A stretch of 64,000 nt of DNA from an uncultured virus (IMG/VR IMGVR_UViG_3300025018_003789) (lineage: Duplodnaviria; Heunggongvirae; Uroviricota; Caudoviricetes). Below, one piece after another: positions 28,443 through 37,840 of the stretch (within the stretch, counting starts at the first letter, position 1; the number at the start of each line of letters is the position of its first letter). A program made the translations under genes and the position numbers. The notes under the pieces are model-generated. The model searched no databases. It saw only the letters and a list, made by a program, of their open reading frames with translations, and was not told the DNA's origin. The DNA is taken from the IMG/VR virus record IMGVR_UViG_3300025018_003789; one strand, written 5' to 3'.

Positions 28443-29191
28443 GTGAAAACACATGATACAAATAAAATATATGATGATGAACATGTCTATAACTTAGATG
28501 GAGTTCTAATTTTCAAGTGAAATATAAAGAAGTCAAATTGGTATCTGGAAAGAAAATTAGCGAAAATTATTTCTGAAGGTCCACCAAGAAAGATACAACT
28601 TCTTTTCAAAACAAATGGAGACGGCAATAAAGACGATCTATATTCCTTATCTAGTAGAGAGAACGCCTGTGTTGTTTGTGGATCACAAGACGGACTAACA
28701 AAGCACCATGTTGTTCCTTATTCTTTTCGAAGATTCTTTCCTGATGAATTAAAGGATCACAACTTTCACGACGTTCTACTTGTATGCGAACATTGTCATT
28801 GTCAGTATGAAGAAGAAGCTACAGTCTTGAAAAAGACTGTCTAAAATCTATAACGATCCTTTACAGGGACAAAGAAGATTTCCATTTAAGGCTGTTCAAC
28901 TTGGAAATTCTTTATGGAAATTTAGAGATTTCATACCAGTAGAAAGACAGGAAGAGATCGAAGAACAAATCTCTAAAATATTGAATATTGATAAAGTTAC
29001 AAAAGATATAATTGAGGATCTTGCTTCTTGTGACTATTCTGCAAAAATTCCATTTGGTAAAATTGTTGTAGATTCTCAAGAAGATCTTCAAGATTTTATT
29101 GTAATGTGGAGAAAGCATTTTTTTATATCATATGTCTCCACGTTTTCTTCCTGAAAACTGGGATGTTCACTACGTTAAAAATCTATCTTGA
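28443..29191 (+). pseudogene. HNH-like protein (EXD2 C-terminal-like) broken by an in-frame TGA and two homopolymer frameshifts
   Basis: Reconstructed NWYL...ENACVVCG..LTKHHVVP..HDVLLVCEHCH..WRKHF..PENW. Confidence 0.65.
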
Positions 29192-29194
29192 TTT

Positions 29195-29212
29195 GGCCTC
29201 AAGGTATTGACA
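29195..29212 (+). promoter_or_regulatory. GGCC-N8-TTGACA promoter
   Basis: Recurrent motif. Confidence 0.6.
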
Positions 29213-29312
29213 TGAACTGTAAATAGAACACACTTCAAATAGACAGGGGTTTGACTTATGGCAAGATCGCACTACATATATATTGTAATTCAAGATTATC
29301 CGTGTGATAGTT

Positions 29313-29630
29313 ATGAGTGAAGGTAAGCCTCATACTATTAATAAGTTAAGAGAATTTACAGGATTGCCTTTGACTGTTTGTAAAGAAATTATTGACAATA
29401 ATGATGATGAGCGTCTTTTTCGTGCTCTTTTTTCTTTAACAAACAACTCTCCTGATCTTGATCTTGGAAAAAATAAGAAAAGATTCTCTGTCAAAGATCA
29501 TTATGACTCAGTTGTTGTTTGGGATGATGATAAAAACGAAATGTTTGTTGAAATTGAAAACTGTTTCAAAGGCGGATGGGAACAGGCAAGAGAAAAGGCG
29601 CACAAATTAGTAAGTGAAATGAACCGATGA
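29313..29630 (+). CDS. Hypothetical protein with EF-Ts N-terminal-like helix motif
   Basis: INKLREFTGLPLTVCKE. Confidence 0.5.
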   Translation: MSEGKPHTINKLREFTGLPLTVCKEIIDNNDDERLFRALFSLTNNSPDLDLGKNKKRFSVKDHYDSVVVWDDDKNEMFVEIENCFKGGWEQAREKAHKLVSEMNR

Positions 29631-29866
29631 AAAAAATTGGAATCAATCATCTTACAGTTGTCAATGACAAATGGCTTTATACTCTTAACAAAAAAGAAGA
29701 TGTAGATACAGTTCATGAATATTATGAACGCTTTGGAGAAAGTCAACCACTCTATAACGAAGATGGCATTGATGTGTATTTACTAAAAGATAAAAAATCA
29801 GGAATGATCATAATTGCTACCCTTATAGGGGAAGAATATTCACCCCTCACAATGAATGGAGATTGA
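29627..29866 (+). CDS. Hypothetical protein
   Basis: ATGA coupling. Confidence 0.55.
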   Translation: MKKIGINHLTVVNDKWLYTLNKKEDVDTVHEYYERFGESQPLYNEDGIDVYLLKDKKSGMIIIATLIGEEYSPLTMNGD

Positions 29867-30689
29867 AATGAAAAACAAATCACTTGGCGATAGAATGAAA
29901 GATTACGAAAGAGTTTCAAAGGGGCTGTTGACTCCTCGCTCACCTGTAATTGTTAGAGTGGATGGAAAAGCCTTCCATACATACACTAAAGGTTTTGATA
30001 GACCTTTTGACAGCAGAATCATAACTTCTATGGTTGAGTCTGCAATTGAAGTCGCTAAACAAATTCAGGGATTTAAGATGGCCTACATCCAGAGTGATGA
30101 AGCCTCTTTTGTGTTCACTGATTATGATGACATTAATACTCAAGGATGGTTTTCCTATGAGTTACAAAAAATAGTATCAATCAGTGCTTCTGTGATGACG
30201 GCTCATTTCAATAGAATTATGGACGATACTCTTCAGGATCTTTTTAATAAAAAACAATCAGAATACAATATGGATGGTTCGAGCAATAAAACCATAAATG
30301 AAGAATTAGATAAGATTAAAAAATTATCTAAAAAGATTGCTCTTTTTGATTCTCGTGCTTTTGTCATACCAAGAGACGAGATTGCAAATTACTTCCTATG
30401 GCGAGCGCAGGATTGGGCTAGAAACTCAGTTCAGATGTATGCTCGTGCAAACTTTTCTCACAAACAATGTAACAACAAGAAGATCCCTGATCTTCATGAA
30501 TTGTTATATTCTATCGGAAAGAATTGGGCAAAAGATCTTTCCGATACTGAAAAGAATGGAACTTTCTTGATTAGAGAAGAAGGAAAGATTGTGGAAAGAA
30601 CTAATGTTCTGCCTAATTATTCTGAAGTTTCAGGACTACTGGAATTATCTTTAAATAAAGAAGAAGAAAAGGTTAGAGATGGACACTGA
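29856..30689 (+). CDS. tRNA(His) guanylyltransferase Thg1-like protein (3'-5' polymerase)
   Basis: RMKDYE, VRVDGKAFH, YIQSDEAS, FDSRAF, WRAQDWARNS. Confidence 0.9.
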   Translation: MEIEMKNKSLGDRMKDYERVSKGLLTPRSPVIVRVDGKAFHTYTKGFDRPFDSRIITSMVESAIEVAKQIQGFKMAYIQSDEASFVFTDYDDINTQGWFSYELQKIVSISASVMTAHFNRIMDDTLQDLFNKKQSEYNMDGSSNKTINEELDKIKKLSKKIALFDSRAFVIPRDEIANYFLWRAQDWARNSVQMYARANFSHKQCNNKKIPDLHELLYSIGKNWAKDLSDTEKNGTFLIREEGKIVERTNVLPNYSEVSGLLELSLNKEEEKVRDGH

Positions 30690-31170
30690 AACTCAAAGAT
30701 TTTTACTTAGTATCAATCTAGTTCTTTTAATTGCCAACATTTGCTTTTCTGTTGCTTTGGTTTATTCTTACCTTTTCTATAATAAAAAGAATAAGGTTGG
30801 TAAGCTAAATGAACCTGACATTATCCTTACTTCCGATGGTGGAACTAAGGTTTTGATGCCAGATGGTAAAGTGATAGAATATCCTTATCATTCTCTAAAT
30901 CCTTATGATAAAGATATAAGTACATACAATGACAAATGGGACGAAATTACATTTTGTAAGGGGTGTAAGATGGTCGCCTACAGACATGATTTATTTGAGT
31001 CAGACCCTTGTTTCGCTTGTGGAACTGGTGGCGGCTATTTGAGTGATGATAGAGTTCGTGGTGTCGGTTGTTTCGACCAAGAAACGAAACAGTGGATAAT
31101 TAAAAAAGATACAAAACTTAGAGAAATTCTTTATGGTCTAAACGAATATGACAAAACAGTTACAAATTAA
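30679..31170 (+). CDS. Hypothetical membrane-anchored protein with CxxC pairs
   Basis: N-terminal TM helix. Confidence 0.55.
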   Translation: MDTETQRFLLSINLVLLIANICFSVALVYSYLFYNKKNKVGKLNEPDIILTSDGGTKVLMPDGKVIEYPYHSLNPYDKDISTYNDKWDEITFCKGCKMVAYRHDLFESDPCFACGTGGGYLSDDRVRGVGCFDQETKQWIIKKDTKLREILYGLNEYDKTVTN

Positions 31171-31187
31171 AATTGAATGCTTTTTAT

Positions 31188-31424
31188 ATGAAAAAATTTA
31201 TACATGTAAATCAACACGTTATAAGATCAAATAAAAAGAATGGCAATGTAGAACACCCTATATCTGTTAAGACTTATAAAGGAAATACATATTCTTCTTG
31301 TGTGAAGATTTTAGATAAAGATAGTAATGTAGTCGCCATTGTAAAATATAGTCCAAATAAACCATTAGACTGTGGTACTCATGTTTGGATAGAAACTGAG
31401 AATGAGGTTCAAATAGATGACTAA
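31188..31424 (+). CDS. Conserved phage-type hypothetical protein
   Basis: IHVNQHVIRSNKK...PLDCGTHVWIET. Confidence 0.6.
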   Translation: MKKFIHVNQHVIRSNKKNGNVEHPISVKTYKGNTYSSCVKILDKDSNVVAIVKYSPNKPLDCGTHVWIETENEVQIDD

Positions 31425-31662
31425 GAGACCCGAATTATTTGTAAACTTCAAATATACTTACAAAATTGGTCAAAATTACTTTGATAGCGAAGAGTCTACG
31501 ATCCTTGAATGGAATAAACCGATTCGAACAGAAGAAGATTTGTATGATTTACAAAAATGGATTGCTTGTTGGAAAAAAGGAATTAACCCTGATAAAGATT
31601 ACAAGACTAGAGATACTGGAATTCATGTAATAATTAAAAATTTTAGAAGAGTTGAAGATTAA
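31417..31662 (+). CDS. Hypothetical protein
   Basis: ORF. Confidence 0.55.
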   Translation: MTKRPELFVNFKYTYKIGQNYFDSEESTILEWNKPIRTEEDLYDLQKWIACWKKGINPDKDYKTRDTGIHVIIKNFRRVED

Positions 31663-31684
31663 ATATAAATAAAGGAAAAATAAT

Positions 31685-31912
31685 ATGAGAAAAGAACATC
31701 ACGTAGTTCCAAACAAAGAAAAGAAAGGTTGGGAAGTAAAGGTTTCTGAAGTTGAAGAACCTCTTAGTTTCCACAAAACTCAAGCAGAAGCAATCAAAGT
31801 AGGTAGAACACTCGCCAAATCTGCTAAGACCGAATTTGTAATTCATGGTAGAGACGGAAGAATTAGACAGAAGGATTCTTACGGTAATGATCCCAAGTCT
31901 TCAAAGGGTTGA
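31685..31912 (+). CDS. DUF2188 family protein
   Basis: HHVVP..GWEVK..TQAEAI..IHGRDGRI..DSYGNDP. Confidence 0.85.
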   Translation: MRKEHHVVPNKEKKGWEVKVSEVEEPLSFHKTQAEAIKVGRTLAKSAKTEFVIHGRDGRIRQKDSYGNDPKSSKG

Positions 31913-32221
31913 TTGATGATAAAAAAAGAATGTGATGAATGTAAAGGTTGTGGAGAACTTCCAGATGAACATTCTGGAGATCCAAACGAAAGTCAGATTT
32001 GCTGGGTTTGCGGTGGAACTGGTGAAATTGACTACCCTGAAAACGAAGAAGAGATGATGCAGAATCTTAAGAGTATGCCAAAAGAAATAGCAGAAGGCGG
32101 TGTCATAGAAAGAGCCTATTGGCAGTCTGTCAGAAAATGCACACCACTTAACTTTGTATGCGAAACTTTAAAAAAATCTATAAACGGTGAAATTAAGTGG
32201 ATATTTCAAGAGGAAAAATAA
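31913..32221 (+). CDS. Small protein with DnaJ-type CxxCxGxG zinc finger
   Basis: CDECKGCG and CWVCGGTG. Confidence 0.55.
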   Translation: MMIKKECDECKGCGELPDEHSGDPNESQICWVCGGTGEIDYPENEEEMMQNLKSMPKEIAEGGVIERAYWQSVRKCTPLNFVCETLKKSINGEIKWIFQEEK

Positions 32222-32222
32222 A

Positions 32223-32855
32223 ATGATAATCCAAGAATTAATTGACAAAGAAGTTCTTAAGGCCGGTGAGTATCCTAAGTGGATGCCAAGCAATGTCCAT
32301 TACCTAACAATAATGGGAAGTATAGCTTATGGTGTTTCAGGGTCTCAATCAGACTTTGACGTTTATGGATTTTGTATGCCAAGAAAAGAAGTTGTATTTC
32401 CGCACCTAGCAGGTGTTATCAAAGGCTTTGGAGATCAGGGCGAACAATTTGAGCAATGGCAAAAACATCATATCTTAGATCCTACTGCGAATGGCAACAA
32501 GGGAAGAGAATATGACTTTTCAATATATAGTATAGTTAAATATTTTCAACTTTGCATGGATTGTAATCCTAATATGATAGATTCTCTATTTACTCCTGAT
32601 AGATGTGTGCTTCACAGTACAAATGTTGGGAATATGGTTAGAGAGAATCGTCATTTATTCCTTAGTAAACTTTCTTGGCATAAGTTTAAGGGATACGCAT
32701 ATTCACAGAAAACTAAAATGAAAAATAAAGGAAAGAATTCTAAATCATTGCAAGCAGTTGTTGATTTTGAAAATGATCACAATATTAGCAATAAAACTTC
32801 TTTTAATGACATAGAAAACGAAATTAAAAAAAGGAATCTAACTGTCAAAAATTGA
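32223..32855 (+). CDS. Predicted nucleotidyltransferase (Pol-beta superfamily), N-terminal fragment
   Basis: GSIAYG...SDFDVYG, NPNMIDSLF, FKGYAYSQ. Confidence 0.82.
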   Translation: MIIQELIDKEVLKAGEYPKWMPSNVHYLTIMGSIAYGVSGSQSDFDVYGFCMPRKEVVFPHLAGVIKGFGDQGEQFEQWQKHHILDPTANGNKGREYDFSIYSIVKYFQLCMDCNPNMIDSLFTPDRCVLHSTNVGNMVRENRHLFLSKLSWHKFKGYAYSQKTKMKNKGKNSKSLQAVVDFENDHNISNKTSFNDIENEIKKRNLTVKN

Positions 32856-32890
32856 ATGGATATGCATATTGTTTAGAGGAGTGCATATTT

Positions 32891-33670
32891 GTGAAAAGTA
32901 CAAATAAAGAAGATCTTATTAAATTAGTAGAAAATTTTCCAAACATTAAAATTATAGAAGAGAAATTAGATTGTTCAAGAAATACGGTTAGACATTTGTT
33001 GAAAAAATTTTCCATTAAAACACCTAAAGGATTTTTTTCCACAGGTAAAAAACAAGGAAGACCTAAAGGTTTTTGTCATTCTGAGTCATGGAAAGAGCAA
33101 CATAGAGAAAGAATGAATGGAGAGAATAATCCTTTTTTCGGGAAACAACATTCTAATAAAACTAAAAAGAAAATGTCTAAAAACCATGCAAATTTTGAAG
33201 GGGATAAAAATCCATTTAAAAAAGCATTGTTAAAGTATCCTGAGAAAGTTGAAGAGCATAAAGATAGATGTAAAGAACTGTGGGAAAACAGAGATGAAAA
33301 GTGGAGACATGATTTTGGAAAAAAACTACAAACAGGTCATAACGATATAACCGGCTCATATTGGTCTAGGGCAAAAAGTAATGCAAAAAAAAGAAAGTTA
33401 GATTTTTTAATAGATATAAAGTTTGCATGGGAATTATTTCTAAAGCAAGATAAAAAATGCAAATTAACCGGATTGCCAATAGAAATGGGTAGAGGAGGAA
33501 AATTTGGTAATGAAACAACTGCCTCTCTTGATCGAATTGATTCAACGAAAGGTTATACAGAAGATAATGTACAATGGGTACATAAGAATATAAATAGAAT
33601 GAAATGGCATTTTGACGAAAAAACGTTTAAAAAACTTTGTAGATTGGTGATTGAAAAAGATGAACAGTAA
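32891..33670 (+). CDS. Free-standing homing endonuclease (HTH + NUMOD3 + HNH-like)
   Basis: GAGGAG SD before GTG; NPFFGKQHS; C.LTG..ASLDRIDS.KGY..DNVQWVH..IN.MK. Confidence 0.8.
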   Translation: MKSTNKEDLIKLVENFPNIKIIEEKLDCSRNTVRHLLKKFSIKTPKGFFSTGKKQGRPKGFCHSESWKEQHRERMNGENNPFFGKQHSNKTKKKMSKNHANFEGDKNPFKKALLKYPEKVEEHKDRCKELWENRDEKWRHDFGKKLQTGHNDITGSYWSRAKSNAKKRKLDFLIDIKFAWELFLKQDKKCKLTGLPIEMGRGGKFGNETTASLDRIDSTKGYTEDNVQWVHKNINRMKWHFDEKTFKKLCRLVIEKDEQ

Positions 33671-34139
33671 TTTAAATGAATTGACAGATGACGAACTTAT
33701 ACAATACCATTCTCTTTATAAAGAAATGGTCAATGAATCAAGTCGTCATGAAAGAGTTAAAATTGATCAATATGATTTGAAATTCGCTTACCATATTGTA
33801 CGATTGATGGATGAAGTAGAGCAAATTCTTACGGAGAAGGATTTGGACCTTACTGGAAATCGTGAGGAACTAAAATCAATTCGTCGTGGAGAATGGACGG
33901 TCGAAGAAATTGAAAAGAAGTTCTCTGACAAAGAATCTGAATTGGAAAAGATTTATCAAAAAAGTGATTTGCCTAATGAGCCAAGAATGGATGAAATCAA
34001 AGACCTTTTGATTCAGTGCCTCGAAAAACATTATGGTGATTTAAACTCTGCCATTCAAGTTCAAGGTGGGGCTGATCGATTCATACAAAAACTAGAAAGA
34101 GATCTTGCAAGATATCGGGGTTATTATGGAGACAAATAG
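33660..34139 (+). CDS. Predicted nucleotidyltransferase, C-terminal fragment
   Basis: YDLKFAYHIVRL..L..IRRGEW..SDLPNEP continues the family sequence. Confidence 0.78.
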   Translation: MNSNLNELTDDELIQYHSLYKEMVNESSRHERVKIDQYDLKFAYHIVRLMDEVEQILTEKDLDLTGNREELKSIRRGEWTVEEIEKKFSDKESELEKIYQKSDLPNEPRMDEIKDLLIQCLEKHYGDLNSAIQVQGGADRFIQKLERDLARYRGYYGDK

Positions 34140-34437
34140 TAAAAAGCGGAGACTGATAAATGCAATGAATGCATGTTCTTCTTGTATCCATAGTTGGCCT
34201 GATTGGAAATTTAGAGCCTGTCCCAATAGGGACTTTTATAGAGAAGAGAAAGGGTATTACGATGAAATTGCAGGTGATTTCACAGTCAATAAAATATTGA
34301 AATCTGAAGAAGAGATACAAAAAATAATAGAAGATATTCGAGATCGCACAAAGCAAGAGTGGGAAGATAGATTGAAAGAATTAGAAGAAGCACTAATTGA
34401 ATATAAAGGAGAAATTGATGAGCGAAAAAAGGTTTGA
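34126..34437 (+). CDS. Hypothetical protein
   Basis: ORF. Confidence 0.55.
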   Translation: METNSKKRRLINAMNACSSCIHSWPDWKFRACPNRDFYREEKGYYDEIAGDFTVNKILKSEEEIQKIIEDIRDRTKQEWEDRLKELEEALIEYKGEIDERKKV

Positions 34438-34774
34438 ACCTTGGGAATTTGAAAAGAATTCTGATGGTGAATATTACAACTTACAACATAGAAATATCTT
34501 TAGGGATCAAGATGGAGAACCTATGCTTTGTGAGTTCACTGGGAAACCGAGTGAAGGACATCCTCTCGTTCAACTAAAGACATTGAAAGGTTGGGCACCC
34601 AATGAAGAACAGGCTAAATTAATTGAAGCCGCACCCGATCTTTTCAATTCTATGGCAGATTTTATGGATTGGTATGAGAGTAAAGAAGAAGAACCCGATC
34701 CAAATGATTTTCATTTATATTTTGGTGCAATGAAAGATGCTCTTGAAAAGGCTCTTAATGTCAAAGAAGAATAA
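34418..34774 (+). CDS. Hypothetical phage-type protein
   Basis: AKLIEAAPDL motif, AGGAG SD. Confidence 0.6.
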   Translation: MSEKRFEPWEFEKNSDGEYYNLQHRNIFRDQDGEPMLCEFTGKPSEGHPLVQLKTLKGWAPNEEQAKLIEAAPDLFNSMADFMDWYESKEEEPDPNDFHLYFGAMKDALEKALNVKEE

Positions 34775-34847
34775 TCTAATACGATCTTTCTGTCGTATCT
34801 ATATTTGGCCGAATAGGTCATATTAGTAAAGATAGAAAGGTCAATTG

Positions 34848-35726
34848 ATGTTAGAGAAGAAAGAGCAAAGTGGCATTAAAAGTGGAAGAATCCTAATTCA
34901 TTCACAAGACGCCAAATCTGAAAGAGACATATATTACGTATGGTATCGTACTAAACATAAAGGAAAGATAAAAGATAAAGAACAGCCAAGAATTTTAGCC
35001 GGAACATCTTCTTTTTCAAAAGAAGGAGCCGAAGAACAAAAAATAAGATTAATAAAATCAGGCATCTTTAAAGAATATGAATTTGGCGTCCTTTGTGTGA
35101 AATCACGAATGGATGATTTTATATTCTTGAAAGAAATTCAGGAAGGTGATTTAGAAAAAATAAGACCTTTGGGATTAAAAAATTATATTGTTGTAGATAC
35201 AGAAACTACAGGGTTTCAATATTCTGATGAAGTTATTGATTTGGCCGCTGTAAAAGTTATAGACAATAGGGTTGTTGGTAGTTTTCAAAAATTTATTATT
35301 CCTACAAAAAAGATAAATTATTACTCTCAGAAAGTGCATGGCTTGACAAAAGAGTTTTTGCTTAAAAATGGAATACCAGCCCACGAGGCATTTAAGGAAT
35401 TTAAATCCTTCATACAAGATTCAAAAGGTCCACTACAATTTGTAGGGCATAATGTTCAGTTTGATAAGACCAAGATTGAAGATCACTCAAAAAGAGTTAG
35501 AGTGCCAATCAATATACCTATTGCTTTTGATACACAAAAGATGGCAGAGATATTAATTGAGACTCCCAATTACAAGTTAGAAACATTAGTTGATTACTTT
35601 GATTTTAGAAATGAGTTGAAGGCTCATAGTGCCCTTGACGATTCAATAGGAACGCAAAGGATAGCGAGTCGTTTGAGAGAAATAGCAATTAGCAATAAAA
35701 TAATTGATATGGCCAAACCCCATTGA
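34848..35726 (+). CDS. DEDDh 3'-5' exonuclease (DnaQ-like) with N-terminal extension
   Basis: VVDTETTG, GHNVQFD, HSALDD. Confidence 0.85.
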   Translation: MLEKKEQSGIKSGRILIHSQDAKSERDIYYVWYRTKHKGKIKDKEQPRILAGTSSFSKEGAEEQKIRLIKSGIFKEYEFGVLCVKSRMDDFIFLKEIQEGDLEKIRPLGLKNYIVVDTETTGFQYSDEVIDLAAVKVIDNRVVGSFQKFIIPTKKINYYSQKVHGLTKEFLLKNGIPAHEAFKEFKSFIQDSKGPLQFVGHNVQFDKTKIEDHSKRVRVPINIPIAFDTQKMAEILIETPNYKLETLVDYFDFRNELKAHSALDDSIGTQRIASRLREIAISNKIIDMAKPH

Positions 35727-35750
35727 CATGAAGTAGGTTTCGTGTAAGGT
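35711..35750 (+). promoter_or_regulatory. GGCC-N8-TTGACA promoter
   Basis: TTGACA-N16-TAAGGT. Confidence 0.6.
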
Positions 35751-35761
35751 AGGTAAATAAG

Positions 35762-35947
35762 ATGTCTGATTTTCCAGAAGAAACACAAAAGGACAGTTTA
35801 TATATTTTGTATATGTTAGAACTAATTGATGGAACTACTAAGATAGCGAGAATACAAGAAGGTGTTGACAACAAAAAGGTTTGGAAAGAACATCGAACAA
35901 ATCTATCTATTGATGAAAAAGAAGTTGTAGATTGGAGACGCCTTTAA
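35762..35947 (+). CDS. Hypothetical protein
   Basis: Short ORF after promoter. Confidence 0.5.
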   Translation: MSDFPEETQKDSLYILYMLELIDGTTKIARIQEGVDNKKVWKEHRTNLSIDEKEVVDWRRL

Positions 35948-35985
35948 TTTCTTGCAACAATCACCTCCAGAAGAAAGAACAGAAA

Positions 35986-36228
35986 ATGGCAAAGAAAAAA
36001 GAAGATGTATCTTACTTTGACAATCAAAGCATCCCCACTCTCTATTTGAAAGATGGTCAGAAAATCTCCTATGAAGTAATCTTGCCTGACAAGACTAAAC
36101 CAATCCAATCTCATTTGGATAGAGAATCACTAATTGGATTCAATCCAATTTTTATAGACAAATATACCAAACGTAAATATGCTTTAGATGAAGTTAGTAA
36201 GTGGAGAATAACAACTTCTGAAGTTTAG
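35986..36228 (+). CDS. Hypothetical protein
   Basis: ORF. Confidence 0.5.
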   Translation: MAKKKEDVSYFDNQSIPTLYLKDGQKISYEVILPDKTKPIQSHLDRESLIGFNPIFIDKYTKRKYALDEVSKWRITTSEV

Positions 36229-36275
36229 AAAAATTAAGTCCTTTATAATTTAAAAAGAAAATCGAAAGGTAAATT

Positions 36276-36898
36276 ATGCAAAATTCTGAATTGGCAGAAG
36301 TCGTAGAAGAAAAAAGAATTGAAGAAAACGAAGAACTAACAAGAGAACTTATTGACGACTATGCAGAGGATTGTGAGGATAACTCATCATCTGATGATGA
36401 AGAATGTTGTTCAAATGAAGAGTGTGAACAACTAGGAGAGTGTATTCAGGAAGGTGAATGCCCACCTAGTGCTAAAAAGATTGGTGACAATGATATTTCA
36501 TATTCTTCAAAAGTTACACAATGGGAACTTTCAGGAAACAATAAATTTGTTGCTGCAACAAAAACTATCCAGAAAAACTTGGTGCTAGAATCGTGAACAG
36601 ACCAAGCCGCTTTGATCGACGTTTTAAATTTGGATATCCAAGTCCAGCGGCAAGAAGAGTCTATCTTGAACATTTAATGACACAAGATTCTGATGCAAAT
36701 AAAGTAGATCTTGAAAGATGGGTTGGAGATACTTCGGACTTTACTTTTGCTCACCTCAAAGAACTTTTCAAGTGCGTGATTATTCACGACATGGAATATG
36801 AAGAAGTATTGGCAGACCTTAAGACAATGAGAGAGAAGAGAATATCTTCAGATCAGGACAAGACTGAAAGTCCAGTTGGATTTGCAACAACATCGTAA
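36276..36898 (+). pseudogene. AAA+ ATPase with internal deletion (Walker A/B missing)
   Basis: Two ORFs; second frame reads NYPEKLGARIVNRPSRFDRRF..FTFAHLKEL..PVGF. Confidence 0.7.
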
Positions 36899-36904
36899 TT
36901 AACC

Positions 36905-37573
36905 ATGAACCAGTATGTAGAATATAGTTCATTCTATGATGATCTTTGGTCAAGTCGAAGAATTGATTTAGACTTCATTGAATCTTACTTGTCTTCTGAT
37001 ATACAAAATGTAATTGAGTTGGGTGTAGGCTCGGGAAGAACTCTGAGCCTATTCCATAAAAAGGGTATTGAAAAATATTTAGGTTTGGACATTTCCGCAG
37101 AAATGTTGGAGTTATCTAGATTAAAAAATCCAAACCCAAAATTTGTCTTACTGGAAAAGGATGTTCGAAAGTATGAATTCCAAGAAAGATTTGATTTAGT
37201 CTTATTGTCTTGGAGTTTATTGAACTATTTAAACTTACAAGAAGTAGAAGACTTAATATCTTCCGTTTCTAAAATATTTAATAAGAAAATAATAATAGAC
37301 GTAAGTTATGCCTTTAGGAAACCTGAAGGTGGAAAAAATGTAGCAGTAATAATAAACAAAAGAAAGACTGTTTTCTTTGATGTTGAATTAAATGAATCAA
37401 ATAAGACATATAAAAATATTTTTCATATCAATGGTAAAGATCTTTCGATAAATAAATACTACCACGATCATAAAGACTTATTGGTTATATTTAATAAGAA
37501 CGAACTGAAAATAAAAGATATAAGAATTTATAAAAAAAACCTGTCTATATTTGTTAGAAAGAGATTGAAATGA
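36905..37573 (+). CDS. Class I SAM-dependent methyltransferase
   Basis: IELGVGSGR, GLDISAEML, FDLV. Confidence 0.82.
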   Translation: MNQYVEYSSFYDDLWSSRRIDLDFIESYLSSDIQNVIELGVGSGRTLSLFHKKGIEKYLGLDISAEMLELSRLKNPNPKFVLLEKDVRKYEFQERFDLVLLSWSLLNYLNLQEVEDLISSVSKIFNKKIIIDVSYAFRKPEGGKNVAVIINKRKTVFFDVELNESNKTYKNIFHINGKDLSINKYYHDHKDLLVIFNKNELKIKDIRIYKKNLSIFVRKRLK

Positions 37574-37836
37574 GTGAAGTGTTTGAAGTGTTTGAATGGA
37601 ATGGAGGACTAGAATATCGTAGTCGTTGGGATGAAACCTTTTTGGGTTTGGCTTTTGTGATAGCTCAAAGATCACCTGATCCATCCACAGTTGTTGGTGC
37701 TGTATTGGTCTCAAAAGAGAATAGAATTCTTTCTATGGGATATAATGGTCCACTTAGAGGATCTAACAATGAAGCGTTCCCAATAGAACGCCCAGCAAAA
37801 TATCATCATGTAATTCATGAAAAAGGACTTAATTAA
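37570..37836 (+). pseudogene. dCMP deaminase, truncated at the zinc-binding HAE motif
   Basis: WD..F...A..RSPDPST.VGAVLV....ILS.GYNG; ends VIH-EKGLN, lacks AE and PCxxC. Confidence 0.75.
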
Positions 37837-37840
37837 AAAA

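Noticed and set aside
32800..33700. Group I intron or intein in the nucleotidyltransferase
   Set aside because: There is no non-coding room for a ribozyme core and no intein terminal motifs. The ORFs abut or overlap directly.
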